DNA of 61,599 nucleotides, filler included, from Gonapodya sp. JEL0774 (taxonomy: Eukaryota): the NCBI GenBank assembly GCA_027604505.1. It is 21 parts of 21 records of this genome, joined end to end, with 100 filler letters (N's around TTAATTAATTAA, not from the genome) between each part and the next. Parts side by side here need not be neighbours in the genome. Positions count along the whole stretch, not along the records: positions 47,044 to 49,876 come from JADIIX010001648.1; positions 49,977 to 52,808 come from JADIIX010001649.1; positions 52,909 to 55,739 come from JADIIX010001650.1; positions 55,840 to 58,670 come from JADIIX010001651.1; positions 58,771 to 61,599 come from JADIIX010001652.1; 16 more parts are not named here. One strand, written 5' to 3'. A program made the position numbers and the translations under genes. The notes under the pieces are model-generated. The model did not search any database. It was not told the origin of the DNA and worked only from the letters and a program-made list of their open reading frames with translations. Within the stretch, counting starts at the first letter, position 1. Every line of letters starts with the position of its first letter. This document shows, piece by piece, positions 48,319-61,599 of the stretch.

Positions 48319-49876
48319 TTACAGCAACATGCATCCTCCGTCCTTCTTCTTACCCGACTGGCGCCCGGTCTTGGCGGTGCGGGAGGCGAGGGCGGCGCGG
48401 GTAGCGTGTTCGAAGACCTAATTTGTGGTTCAGAGGTCGCGGGAGGAGGAGGAGATATAAGGGAGGAATAGAAGGGGATAATCATGGAATAAGTATAATG
48501 ACAGGGCGAAGAAAATTATGGAAAAGCGACTGGACCCACCTCAGTTACACCCTCGCCAGACTTTGCGGAACACTCGAGGTAGCGGGTGGCGCCGATCTTG
48601 CGGGCCACATCTTCACCCTGTTGGTGGCCAGGTCCGGCGGGTGAAAGGTCAATTGACGGTGTGAGGAGTGCGGAGTAATGCAAAAACGACGGGTGCGGAT
48701 GTTAGATGAGCAACGAGGGAAGAAGGTCTGGTGGAGAGAGATTGGACAACGGGGAATGCTCCAGAGTTCCAGCACAATGTCTGTTTAGCGCTCATTTAGC
48801 AACCACTTAGGCCACTCCGGAACAAAGAGACCACAAAATCATGACCGTGCGCTGTCTCCCACTTTAAGAACAGAGCGGTGCTCTCGGTTTGAAATTGACC
48901 CGTGACACTGGCACCCGTCACCTCGTCCCGCCAAAGCACCCCAAGACAACGCCTCCTTGCATTGTATTCCTGAGCCCCCAGTGTGTCGAATTCCCGATGT
49001 ATGTAATGAACTGCGTGATGAGCGGCCTAAGTCCACTCAGGCCGTTTGTCAGGGGAGGCAAAGGATGGGGCAAATGAGAGTCCGAGTACTAGGCTTTGCC
49101 AATCCCCACCAGCTGTGCATTTTGCCCACATTTCGCCTCGATGGCGTGCACAATTGGAACCCAGTGTACGCCCAGGTGTTGCACACCCAACAACCCACAA
49201 TGCAGCGCCATCAAACCTCATTGAACCAACGCACCTCCTCGTACGCAACAGGCCTCTGGTGAGTCTTCCTCAACTCGTCGATAACCCTGGGGTCGTTCCT
49301 CAAATCCCTCTTCAGCCCAATGAGGAGGAAGGGCAAGCCCGCGCAGAAGTGGAGGACCTCAGAGATCCACTTTTCCTTGACGTTGTCGAGAGAGTCGGGG
49401 GAGTCGACAGCGTAGCAGATGAGGATGACGTGCGAGTCGGGGTAAGAGAGGGGACGGAGACGGTCGTAGTCTTCTTGGCCAGCCGTGTCCCACAGGGCGA
49501 GTTCCACGTGTTTGCCATCGACGTGGACGTCGGCGACGTAATTTTCAAAGACGGTAGGGACGTAGACCTGTGATTAAGGTGGGACAGGTTTGGGTTGATC
49601 AGGGATGGAAAGGTGAGGAAGCGGTTCCATCCAGTACAGAAAAGAGATGCGACCCAAGGGGTTTCCCCGTCCATCTGTCCGGTCCAGGAAGGATCCACCA
49701 CGCAGAAGGCATAATTGCACCGACGAGAGCCTATCTGCTTTCTTTCTGTTATCCGTCCTCATGTCCCTTTCCGTTTGCTGTTTGGGAGGCCACACTCCAC
49801 TCCACGCACCTCTGGGAACTTTCCCTGGGAGAACCTAATAAGCAAACAAGTCTTTCCACAGGCACCGTCGCCGACG
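48319..49876 (-). CDS. RHO1: Rho1/RhoA GTPase, multi-exon, first codons missing
   Basis: [51 protein letters not shown] motif CMLL*. Confidence 0.96.
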
Positions 49877-49976
49877 NNNNNNNNNNNNNNNNNNNNNNNN
49901 NNNNNNNNNNNNNNNNNNNNTTAATTAATTAANNNNNNNNNNNNNNNNNNNNNNNNNNNNNNNNNNNNNNNNNNNN

Positions 49977-51978
49977 ATCCTCGACTCCGACGGCAGACGC
50001 ATCCTCGCAAAGTACTACCCTGCCCATCCCACCGCAACCGGGTCAGCTCAGATTGTCCACCTGGGCCACTTGTCCGGGTCTGCGTCCGCTGGGGGCGCCG
50101 ACAAGACATCGGGCACAAAGAGTGACGCACAGGGAGGACCTCATGGGGCAAGGAAGGGAAACGGCAACCCATGGGCAACGCTCAAGGAGCAAAGGGCGCT
50201 CGAGAAGCAGGTGTGGGAGAAGACCAAACGCGCAAACGGTGGGTACTCCTCAGTGCTTCATCTCAACTTTTCTTGTTTTTGGTTTGGTCGGTCGCGGACG
50301 TTGAGTGAGCGAGTGCGTGGGTGCGTGGCTGGACTCGGTACGGGCTGGGCTGGGATAACATTGCGAGTACAACGCGTCATGTCACAACCACCGCATGTGC
50401 ACCTCGCACCCGGTGGACTGAGCTGCGAGCGATATCTAGGCGACGGACCGAACCTGCCATGCCACGCCCATGCCCATGCCACCCACAGACCCACAGACCC
50501 ACAGACCCTGCCAGGGTGGTTCACTGGTGATAGGTCTGGTGGTAGCGCTAGGTGGTGGTGGTGGCGGGAATCGCGGACTCGGGACTCGGACTCGGACTCG
50601 GACGCGGGAAGGGTAGCGATAGGCGTGTGTCGGGAACCACGACGAGCACTGGACGTGCGAAGGCAGGCGCCGGGGCTGTGCAGGTCCCGAGGTTCGATAT
50701 CCGGGCCTCAGGGGTAACGAGCCTGGATCCCGGAGCCGGGAGCCGGGAGCGGGGTGGGGGAAGACGAGACGGGCCACGGGGATGGGGAATGGAGTGGAAG
50801 ACGGGGTCACAGGAACGGGCACAGGAGTGGGGTGGGGTGGGGTGTGCGACCGTCCGAGTCGGTCGTGCGGGCCGGGTGTGCTGTGCTGTCCGTGCTCTGT
50901 GGGACGGGTTGGATATGGGGGGTGTCTCGACCTGCCCCGCCCTCCCCCGGACGCCGGGTCCGAGGGGCCGGGGAGTGACGAGACGAGGTGCGGTGTGTGT
51001 GTGTGCGTGTGTGTGTGAGGGAAGCACCAGCGGGGATGGACTCGGGACACACCGGACACTTGAGCACACCATGTACACAGGGCACATTGCGAACGCACTG
51101 CACAGGGACACCGTGGATCCCACGTGGACATGGGCGAGCGGGTAGATGGGCGGACGGGCGGACGGGGGCGAGGGACTGAGCGGTGTGAATTTTCGACGGG
51201 ACGTGGAACACGCGGGGATTCTGACCACACACACACACACACACATTGACACGGGCCCGCCGGTGGATAGGGAGACGGCTTTCGTAGGCCCGGCTCCGCT
51301 GCCTGCCCAACGCCCGATGGAACCACGTGCCACGTGCACACTCGTGCCACTCCGACCACACGTGTCGGAGTAAAGAATGGGAACGGGCAAGGGCACGGGG
51401 CTAGGAACGGCCCCGACGGCGAGGGTGGCGGGGCTGTGGGGAACGTGGACACGTCGAGGATGGTGGCAGTCTGCGAGTCGGCTCGATGCGCCAAGCTCCA
51501 AGATCCACCACGCTCGACCCGGGTCCCCGGGGGGCGGAAGCACACACAGGACACGGGACGCGGTGACGGACGACGGGAGGGACCGGCCTTGGTCGCGAGG
51601 GGCGGGGGATGGATGGGGGAAAACCGCAAGACACAAGGCGCCAAGCGCAATCACCGTGTCACGCGCGCGCCCCGGGGCAATGGGCAGGTGAAAAAGAGGG
51701 AGGAGTGCAGAGGATCGCCCCGGGCTCGCGATACGGCGACCCCCGTACGCGCTACCCCGGCCCCCCCTCCTTTACGCGCACTGCTGGCTCACCTTTACTT
51801 CCCCCCTTCCCCCGTTCCCCCCTCCAGCCTCCGAAATCCTCCTGCACGCCTCCCACCTGGTCCTGCACAAGCCGCTGGTGGATGTGACGGTGTACCTCGT
51901 GTGCGGACTGGAAGAGAACGAGGTCATGATGGCGCACGTGTTGGCGACCGTGTGCGAGGGGATGGCGGGGGTGGTGAG
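49977..51978 (+). CDS. RET3: Coatomer zeta subunit, internal exons
   Basis: ILDSDGRRILAKYY...WATLKEQRALEKQVWEKTKRAN, then after a ~1.6-kb intron SEILL...LVDVTVYLVCGLEENEVMM. Confidence 0.88.
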
Positions 51979-52908
51979 GTGAGCTGGGGTGGTGGAGGGG
52001 GGGAAGGGAGGAGGGGAAGGGGAATGTATGGGAGGGACACGCCGCCGACATGGGCCGTGATGGATGAGCGTTCGATTCGGTGTCGTGCTGGTGCGCGCGG
52101 CTTGTGTGGCGGCACCACGGGTGGACCGTGGGACCCGTGGTGTCGGGTATCGGGTGCCAGCCGTCCTGTGTCCTGCCACGCGCCGTTGTGGAATCCGACA
52201 TTGAGGGCGATGTCCCCAGACCACACACCGCACACCGCACACCGGAGACCGGAGACCGTAGACCGCAGATGGGCGGGATAGGGGATGCGCCAGGTCGTGG
52301 AAGGCGGCGGCACTTTGGTTCGTGTGGTCTGGGATGTGGGGACGGTGGTGTGGCGTCCGGTGATGTGTGTTGGGAAGGAATGTGTGCACCGACACGGAGG
52401 GAGAGGGGGACGGAGAGGAGGTGGTGTGGGAGAGGGGTGCGGGGAGAGCGGGGGGAGGGTGTGTAGGCAGTGAGGGTGCCGTGGTTCGTGAGAGTGGACG
52501 GGGTACGTTCGGGGGTCGCACGGACCACGTCACCCGTCGCCCATGGGTTGTGTCACAGTCCCCTGCAAACGTGGGAATGTGCTGGGCATCCCGCGAGAGG
52601 ACGGGAGTCGGGAATCGGGAGGGTTCACGGTACTGGACGGTTGGAACGCTATGGCGCGATGGCGCCCGGCCCGCGGACTCGCGAGCGTGTGATGGGACAG
52701 AGTGGGCGGCTAAACCGTATTTCAGGGCTGTTCTGATCGGATCTCGGTAACGGACTCGCTGCGCACCGGAAGGATTCCACCAAAAAGTGTAATTGTTTCA
52801 CGTGCGACNNNNNNNNNNNNNNNNNNNNNNNNNNNNNNNNNNNNNNNNNNNNTTAATTAATTAANNNNNNNNNNNNNNNNNNNNNNNNNNNNNNNNNNNN
52901 NNNNNNNN

Positions 52909-55739
52909 AATGTGGCATTTTGCGACTTGCACTCAATTCAATACTCTCAAGGCCGAAGATCCCGTGCCACCATCCGTGACTCCCTTTCACAATCCGCCCC
53001 GTGCTGCCACTCCTCCCTCTCCCGCACCCTTGGTCTCTTCCCCATCGCAATCTTCCATGTCAGATTCGTCTGCCACGGCGGTACCCAGAGATTCGTATGT
53101 CATTGACCTGGACGAAGACGAAGAGGATGAAGAGTTTGACAGCGACGAACTGACCGAAGGAGAAGGCGACTACGAGGGTGGAGTACGTTCGCGGCCCGGA
53201 TCGCCGGATACGAGAAGTAGGGCCAGGAGTAGGGCGAGGAGCAGGAGTAGGGCAAAAGGCGTGGCACCTGCCGGTGGCGTTGGAGATGATGGGAAAGTTT
53301 CTCGGAGGTCCAGCTCGAAGAAACCGAGGAGTGCAAGGCCAAAATCTGTAGTTGGAGTATCCAAGGAAGCAAAATCTACCTCCACTGGAACTGGAACTGC
53401 AACATCCAGTTCTCTCGACTTGACTTCGTCCTTTTCATCGTCGCTTTCGGAATCCTTGTCCATGTCCTTGGCAAGCTTCCTACCTCCGCCAACGACTTCG
53501 TTGATGGATGATTTAGGATTTGGGTCGTTCATGGGAGGGTCGGAACTGGGTGTTGGCAGAAGTAACGCGGCAGGGAAACCCGTTGCGGACACGGTAACCA
53601 AAAAGCCCTTCTCGTTGGAATTGGACATTGATAGCGTGTATCGAGAGTTGGAGAGCTCTGCGAAAGTGCTCGGTGTACCGTTATCTCCAATGCCAGAATC
53701 CGCGCCAACTGCATTCCCCCCGATGGACATGGGTGGACGAGTAGCACCACATGACGTGCCCAGCACAGCGCCGCACAGAAGAATGTCCAGGAAGCAACGA
53801 TCACACGATAAGGAGGGACTTCCCTCATCAGCGTCGACCGGTTCATTGCCAGAGTTCGATCTGGGGCCAGATTTGGCGGTTAGTCTAGATTCTCGAGACT
53901 CTGGCATTGCAGGTACTCGCACCACCGCGAAACCAACTGGCTCGAAATCTAGTATGAGCAGCTTGGAAGATCTCATGAGCGGATTGGAGATGGAGTTGGA
54001 GGGATTGATCAATGCAGGGTCAGGGAACGCCGCAGATGGCTCAGGGACCCCTCTTAGTGCAACATCGTCTATTGGTCTTTCACCAGCGGTACTGAGCCAG
54101 AGGCAGGAAAAGGGAAGGGAAACGCAAACGGAAAGCGAGCATGGGGTCCAGGGACTGAAACGACATCGACCGCCACCCAAGTTTGTGGCACCTTCAGGAA
54201 CCTCAATGGATGTCAGAGAGCCCAAATTTTCGCCAGCCATGACCTCTCCGGACTCAGCGACGGTCCTGGCAACTCCTTTGTCTCCCGCTCCTCCTAACGA
54301 TTTGCCACCGCCACCACCTGTCACGGAACTGCGCCGGCGACCATCAGGTCCAAGGGCCGAATTACATTTTCCTTCAGAACCAGAAACAGCGGTCCCGGAA
54401 TTTCTTGAACCTGATGTTATGCCTACCACCGGTGAAGGGGTAGCCATACAAACTAACGCGCCTATCAAGAAGTACCCCGCCGGAGCTATGTTGGGTATAG
54501 ATGATGCCTCTGCACAGTTGCGAAGGTCCCTGGTGGGGAGCTTGATGCGAAAGCAAAAGACCAGAGAAGAGACGTGAGCTGCCCCATTTGGTTTTGTTGG
54601 GGTATCGTTCTTTGAGCGCTTATACCTCGTTCCGTTTTTGATTTCGGTGTTACAGTGGAAAGATCGGGCGGTGGGGTATTGTACCTGGAGAGGAGGCTGC
54701 AGTGGCTCCAGACGGACAGTTCAAAGAAGAGTGAGTCCTACTCACTCTCGCGTTTTCCTGCCCACAACTATTCGAGCAACCTTTCGTTGGACGCAGGATA
54801 TCTGAGCCATCTCGTCGGGAAGCAAAGCCGGATGTTACCGAATTTCAACTAAAGCTTGCCACTTCCACTCCAATCCCCCCAATCAGCGCACCCGAGTACC
54901 CAGCGGGAGGCAATGAAGCGTCTATAAGCGCAGTGTCACCCGTCGTTGTTTCTTCACATTTGCCAACGATTACCGAGCCCGAGTTGTCCTTTTCTTCAAA
55001 AGTACAAAATTCGTCTAATGTTCCTACTGAGGTTACCGACAATGCAGTTGAACAAGCAACATCACGTTCAGGTGCGGGCGTTTCGGTGACAACATCAGTT
55101 TCATCAGCGCCTGGTGACAAGCATTGCGACTCAGTCAGAGCGACGGGAATGGCCGCGTCCCAACCCCGCCGTAGCTCCACTCGACGCCATACCAGTCCAC
55201 CCTCGTTAGCAAATCGAGAAACTGCAGCCTCTTCAAACTCTTCTCCAGGTGTTGAATCAACGTGGGCACGGGAGGAGCCCGACGGTACTCGAGCTCTCAC
55301 CAGTCGTACGCTTTCGCGTCGACGAAGAGTAGCGGCTGCGCTCGCGGTTTCGGGTGATGAGTCGTTGCCGGAGTTATCATCCAGTACATCTATATCACCC
55401 GCAGGTACCGCTCCACCACCGCCGCCTCCTCCGCCACTCCCACCAGCACCAGCATTGCCCAACGATTTACCATCGTTACATAATGCTACAGGTCCCCCTC
55501 CGCCACCACCACCACCACCACTAATCGTAACACCGAATCCCATAGCTGCTCCGCCCCCACCAACTCCGCCAGTTCCGCCACCAGTTCCGGTTGTTGCACC
55601 TAACAACGGGGCTTCGCCGGGCACATCACCACCGGCGGGTCGCCTACCTTCGAAACCCGCGCCTAATAAGAGCACTGGTGACGCACAAGCGGACCTGATG
55701 AATGCAATCAAGTATGTGCGATGTTCAAATGCTTTCCGT
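52909..55739 (+). CDS. Ser/Pro-rich protein with polyproline tracts and a WH2-like motif (actin regulator-like), partial
   Basis: Long low-complexity ORFs with several polyproline runs, ending GDAQADLMNAIK at an intron donor. Confidence 0.55.
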
Positions 55740-55839
55740 NNNNNNNNNNNNNNNNNNNNNNNNNNNNNNNNNNNNNNNNNNNNTTAATTAATTAANNNNN
55801 NNNNNNNNNNNNNNNNNNNNNNNNNNNNNNNNNNNNNNN

Positions 55840-57796
55840 CGGCACCGTCAGAAGCTGTGCATTTGTTGACACAAACCCCATCTCGTAAATAACCTGTTGA
55901 TAAGTGCGATTCAAACTTGTTGGGGATCCGGATCCTCATGGCACCACTGAATAACACCAGTGTCCCAAATTAAACATACCCCAGGCAGGAAATACCCGAT
56001 CGCAATGATGGCCGAAACTGAGAACATGAGCGAGAATGAGAGTGCGTACATGCGCCAATCGCGAAAGGTTTCGAGCGCGTCTTGGATGTCAATGTTGGTC
56101 ATAGCGGACTGGTGCCGAGCGTGCTCGGGGAGGCGGCCAACTACGATTTCCTTCTCTTCAATGGACATGAAGCCGGCGGTTTGAGGGTATGACTTTGTGG
56201 GTGAGATCATCATGAAGAGGGTCCCATGTCAAGCTATCGAAAAATTCCTCAGCACGTGCGCCATGAACTCACAGGAAGAAAAATGTGGTTGAGAACGCCA
56301 AAAAGAGTTGCGACTAAGCCTTCCTGTAATGTTTCAGAAACATGACCTTAGTGGTTTATTCTCTTCATACCACGCTCTACATGTGGAAGCACTCACCATG
56401 AGAAACAGCCTGAACCACCAGATCCAGTGAGCAGTCAGTCAAAGTCACAGCGGCAAAACTTTAAAAATGACGAGATCATACCATCGCCAGCCCGCCAAGC
56501 GCAGGAAGCCGTCCCTATCGGATTTTCGAGCCTTATTTACTGGCATGCACTCTATTCGCCCCGGCCTATTCCACTCACATATTCCCAACTCCGAATGCAG
56601 CAACGCCGTTAAACGAGGAGATTAACATGGCTCCGGCAAATATGTAAGCGTAGCGTGACGAAACTGCGACAAGGAGACACTTCCCGTGAGAACTTTGAAC
56701 TCCGCAAACACCGAAACTAGAATCTCAGTGAGTACAACGCCTCAATACCGACCTTCGTATTTCCGGTACCAAAATGTCAAATAAAACGCGACACCGGGAA
56801 TGAAACCAGCTTGAGCGCAACCCATGAGAATCCGAATAACGAGTAAACCCTCAAAGTTGTTTACCGCCCCGACGCAAGCCTGAGAGACAGGAAGAACAAG
56901 ATCGAATTGTCTCAGGTGAACTTGATCCGCCGTTCTAATGCAATGTGGCCACACGTACCGACAAGGCGCCCCATAGAATCATGAGGCGTGCGATCCAACG
57001 AGATGGATCCATGCGAAGGATAATGAGGTTCTGTGGACGTGATTTGTGATGACTGGACATAGATGCCGATGACCGTGATCGGACTTACACTGGGGATCTC
57101 GAAAAGAATGTAACCAACTGATCATAAAAGCGTCGAGTGTAGTGAGAAGATGAATCCATTGATCTTCTTGCAGTGTACCCACAGAAAAATGCAGACACTG
57201 CCCAATTGTAATCCGCACTATCGAGAAGTCCGAGCTGGAAAAGCATGTTGTGGGTGATGTCCTCGGCATTGATGATGGTCGCTGCGTGTAACGTACAACA
57301 TAAATTACAATCTGCAAGCGATCTTAGTCAAATACTGCTCACCCGCACTGATATTGATCCTTGTAATCTACGATGGCAGAAAGGGTAAAAATGGTCACAT
57401 CCTTCCAATTAGGACCTAGTTCATTGAAGAAAATCGCAGAAGACGCAACTCACATTTAGAGATGCATATCCAAGAATCAACAGCGGGATAATTCGAAAGT
57501 CCACCTTTCGCATGACGCGTTGCTCCTGATGGTGGTGATATGGAGTTTGAGCACTGAGATCTGTTTTCTGTTTGCAAAAGGCTGTCTGGCGTTTACTCAC
57601 ATCAGACAGAGACCAAGTGGGTAACGTTTCCTTCAGGCCCGCCTTCGGCAACAAACGTGTAGACGAAGTTGAAAACTTTTCTTGATGGTCGCACCTGCCG
57701 CGATCGACTCACAGTAGAATAGTGTTGGTCCATCGAGAAGGAATGCTCAGACGGCGCAGATGAAAGCGCCACCCTTCTGTCCATCCTTGCGCTCAT
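55840..57796 (-). CDS. MFS transporter (anion:cation symporter / allantoate permease family), multi-exon, 3'-truncated
   Basis: RVMRKVDFRIIPLL; RILMGCAQAGFIPGVAFYLTFWYRKYE; ALETFRDWRMY. Confidence 0.88.
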
Positions 57797-58408
57797 GCTT
57801 TGCGTGCTGTGTCGCTGTGTCACTGAGCTGGGAGAGCCAGAAGTAGGTCAACGAGAAGGGACAAAACGAGGCGGCGCAACAGGGGCAACCTGGAGGGGCG
57901 GATTTGTTTACGATTAGTTTACCAGCAGATCCTTCTTTAGTTCCAAGAAACGTGGGAAGAAAGACTGCTTTAGGACTTGTATGCGCTGGAGATCTACATT
58001 ACCTGAGTGTAAAGTATATATCGATTAGCACTTTGACTTGTAACGTATCCTTAGATATTGTGCGGTATTCTAACGTGGCAACAAGCACTTTGCTCTTTTC
58101 ACCGGCCTCGATCTTCTGAGAAAAGCAAAACCAATGATCAATCTGTTTTCGCCTGCAAGTTCTAATTTCCCAGCTCCTGCAGCGGTTCCAAGAGGAGGCT
58201 CCGCAGGTATTATGCTTGGCGGGCCCAACTTGAGCTCATCCCGCAATACTAGTCCTTGAAAGTTAGTCGGACCGCCAGGAGCATTGTTTTCCGATCCTGT
58301 CCTCCTTGTTCACCAAGACTAAGTGTGTTTTTGCGGTGCACAAATCATGACTGTGCAAAGGCCACGTCTGATTGTGTTCTTGCAGCACTCCCCCACCACC
58401 CAACCTGC

Positions 58409-58670
58409 ATGACTCGTTTGCCCATCGCGCCGTATGCCAAGCTCCGGCATTTTTCGAGTAGCTGCCATCATCTTCGAGCCTATGACCCGCACCCTGATCC
58501 CAGACCTGTCCACCCACTGGGCGCGGAGGGTCCGATTCCCTATTCGGTTCTCGCATCACTCTTCGGATCCGTCGTGACGGGCATCGCTCGAGTCTGGGTG
58601 CGCACTCCCTGGCTGACCAGGTCGGTCTCTGTGAGGGGTGACAAGGAATTCACGAAGCTCGTTAGGGAAC
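58409..58670 (+). CDS. 5' fragment, possibly tafazzin-type acyltransferase
   Basis: Presequence-like start, then ASLFGSVVTGIARVWV...SVSVRGDKEFTKLVRE, resembling the tafazzin N-terminus. The catalytic motif is not present in the contig. Confidence 0.4.
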
Positions 58671-58770
58671 NNNNNNNNNNNNNNNNNNNNNNNNNNNNNN
58701 NNNNNNNNNNNNNNTTAATTAATTAANNNNNNNNNNNNNNNNNNNNNNNNNNNNNNNNNNNNNNNNNNNN

Positions 58771-60303
58771 GCCTTGGATCCTACGGGCCGTGGTATCTTC
58801 CTTATGGGCAAATTCGTGGACGTGGAGAAGAGGGATCCAGGATACAACAGTCACGGTGGACAGGGACACGTGGACGCTGATTTTTGGAGGTGGGATGTGG
58901 GCAGTAGGGAGTGGGAGTGCTTGAGTCGGGATACGGTGGTGAGAATGGGTTGGTGGGGTGGACCTGCGGTGCGAGCGGACGTCATCATCGAACTTGATTT
59001 CCACGATCACAGAAAGACGGCGGTCCCGAACTCATTTACGACCACCAGATGGTGGTCGACCCCGAGACAGAAACCCTCTTCGTCTTTGGCGGTAAAACTC
59101 AACACCCAAACCCCTCCGGCAACTCGGACCGCGATACCATCCGCGAAGGCGTCTACTCGGGCCTCTATGCGTACCACATCCCCACCCAGAGGTGGCGTCT
59201 CATCGCGGCGGACGGCGAGCCTGCACCTGGAGGCGGAGTGCCTTGCAAGAGCCGCATAGGGCACTCGATGGTGTTGGATCAAACGGGCCGTCGGCTCATC
59301 ATCTTTGCCGGACAGCGCAACGGAGATTATCTGGCGGACATGATGGTGTACCATATCCCGACTGCGACGTTCCGGGTGCTCTGTTCGGACTACAGTACGA
59401 CTGGTGGGCCGGAACCAGGCTTCACGCAGCGGGCCACGGTGGATCAAAACAGGCGGGAAGTGTATGTGATGAGTGGGTTGACGAGGGAGCGGGGCACGGG
59501 AGAAGAAAGAGTGAGGAATGGAGTGTGGGTGTTCAAGGTCGCGTCGGAGCGGTGGGTGAGGGTGTACCAGAACGGGGACGGGGAGGGCGGGGAACACGGT
59601 GCAGCATTCGGTGTCGATGAACCATTGCCGAGGTTTGCGCATCAGATGGGTTATGAAGAGGGGACGGGGAGAAATTGGGTGTTTGGGGGCAATCCTGGTG
59701 AAGGTGGAGGGGCGGTGGGAATCGGGGGCGGGGAGAGGCTGGACGATTTATGGGAATTAACGATGGAGAGGTGAGTTTTCCATGAAATTGTGAAAACGTT
59801 GCACCGGATCGTTCTGGTACCAGTGTTAACTGATCTGTCCTTACAGACCGCAACCCCGGACGTTATTACGGAGGGCATTGTTCCTCGTAAGGGCAGAACG
59901 GCTCAGAGAAATGTGCTGGTCCATGGGGTCTCCGTGCAGCAGTGCAGCTGGATCGAGCGGCATCACTTCAAACAACACCGGAGCGGAGATCACCACAGAC
60001 CCCTTGACGGCGCTGAGGTACTTGCAGACCGAAGTTGGAGGGTGCGTGGATCACACAGATGTGGATGAATCGAGGGAGTTTCGTGAGATGGCCGGGTGGC
60101 TGTTTGGGGGCATGGGTACTCGAGGAGGACTGGGAGGCGGTATGGCCGGTGCTGCCCAATCGATGGACGTGGTACAGGCACAGAGTGTACCCGACCATGT
60201 ATTCACGTCTCGGTCTCGGGTGTATGAGCGTCTCGTGGTGCTGTTTCCTGAAGAGATGAGGGAGCCGAGGGAGAGTCTGGTGGATATGGTTGTTGTTGAG
60301 TGA
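58771..60303 (+). CDS. MKLN1: Muskelin (kelch repeats and C-terminal region), 3' part
   Basis: GGPELIYDHQM; YSGLYAY; KSRIGHSM; IFAGQR; PGFTQRAT; EPLPRFAHQ; FGGNPG; RLDDLWEL; ALRYLQTEV...VDH; FPEEMREP. Confidence 0.92.
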
Positions 60304-60591
60304 GAGCGACGGTGTGCGCGGTTGCCGGGTGTAGTGGAGCGTGGAATGGGAGGTCCCAAATACCCCTGCGAAAAATGCTTTTCCTTGCGGATATTCACAC
60401 ATCGAATTGGAAGCGGAACGGGAAACTTGGAACTATGAGCTGGGTGGAATGTAATGTAAAGGTATTCACGTAGAACTGTTAGATTACGGAGTAACGATTG
60501 CCAGAGTGTGTTCATGTTATGTACTGTATTATCCAGCGTGGTAGCTCCAAGTGTTTAATTCATGGAGCAGGAAAGATGCTCTCATGTATAA

Positions 60592-61599
<1,008 letters not shown>

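Noticed and set aside
50436..52750. Many long overlapping ORFs (up to 404 aa)
   Set aside because: They arise from stop-poor GC-rich intron and microsatellite sequence; only the zeta-COP exons have recognisable motifs.
53170..55711. Long minus-strand ORFs (432 and 288 aa)
   Set aside because: They are antisense to the Ser/Pro-rich plus-strand gene, whose splice donors lie on the plus strand.
2848..58770. Regularly spaced TTAATTAATTAA motif, resembling a periodic repeat or array
   Set aside because: It is always centred in N runs and separates size-sorted contigs, so it is an artificial linker.

Overview
This window is not one locus. It is 21 unrelated contigs of about 2.83-2.85 kb, sorted by decreasing length and joined by artificial 100-nt spacers (N44-TTAATTAATTAA-N44), so adjacency across spacers carries no biological meaning. 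Most contigs hold intron-rich (GT-AG) eukaryotic genes of fungal type: HSV2/WIPI, aconitase, enoyl-CoA hydratase, MAPEG, MDJ1, an Fpg/Nei glycosylase, photolyase, acyl-CoA dehydrogenase, GH3, ALDH, PTC7, SEN2, ATP17, PHO89, RHO1, zeta-COP, an MFS transporter, muskelin and thymidylate synthase. A cilia-type WD40 gene and muskelin suggest an early-diverging, probably zoosporic fungus (inference). Several contigs are decayed LTR-retrotransposon or repeat DNA; a ~120-bp TG...CA LTR occurs in two contigs, once as a solo LTR with a 4-bp TSD and once with a PBS and a dead gag. The outlier is contig 26490-29328: three intronless, tightly packed ORFs (a signal-peptide-less GH16 glucanase with a duplicated N-terminal module, a stand-alone SWIB-like protein, a small tail-anchored protein) with GGGAT-rich intergenic repeats, which resembles giant-virus (Nucleocytoviricota) DNA. 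Other notable items are a possible fungal Pellino-like gene and a Val2-type Nei glycosylase fused to a SAP domain. All calls come from motif recognition by eye, without database searches; exon and gene boundaries are approximate.
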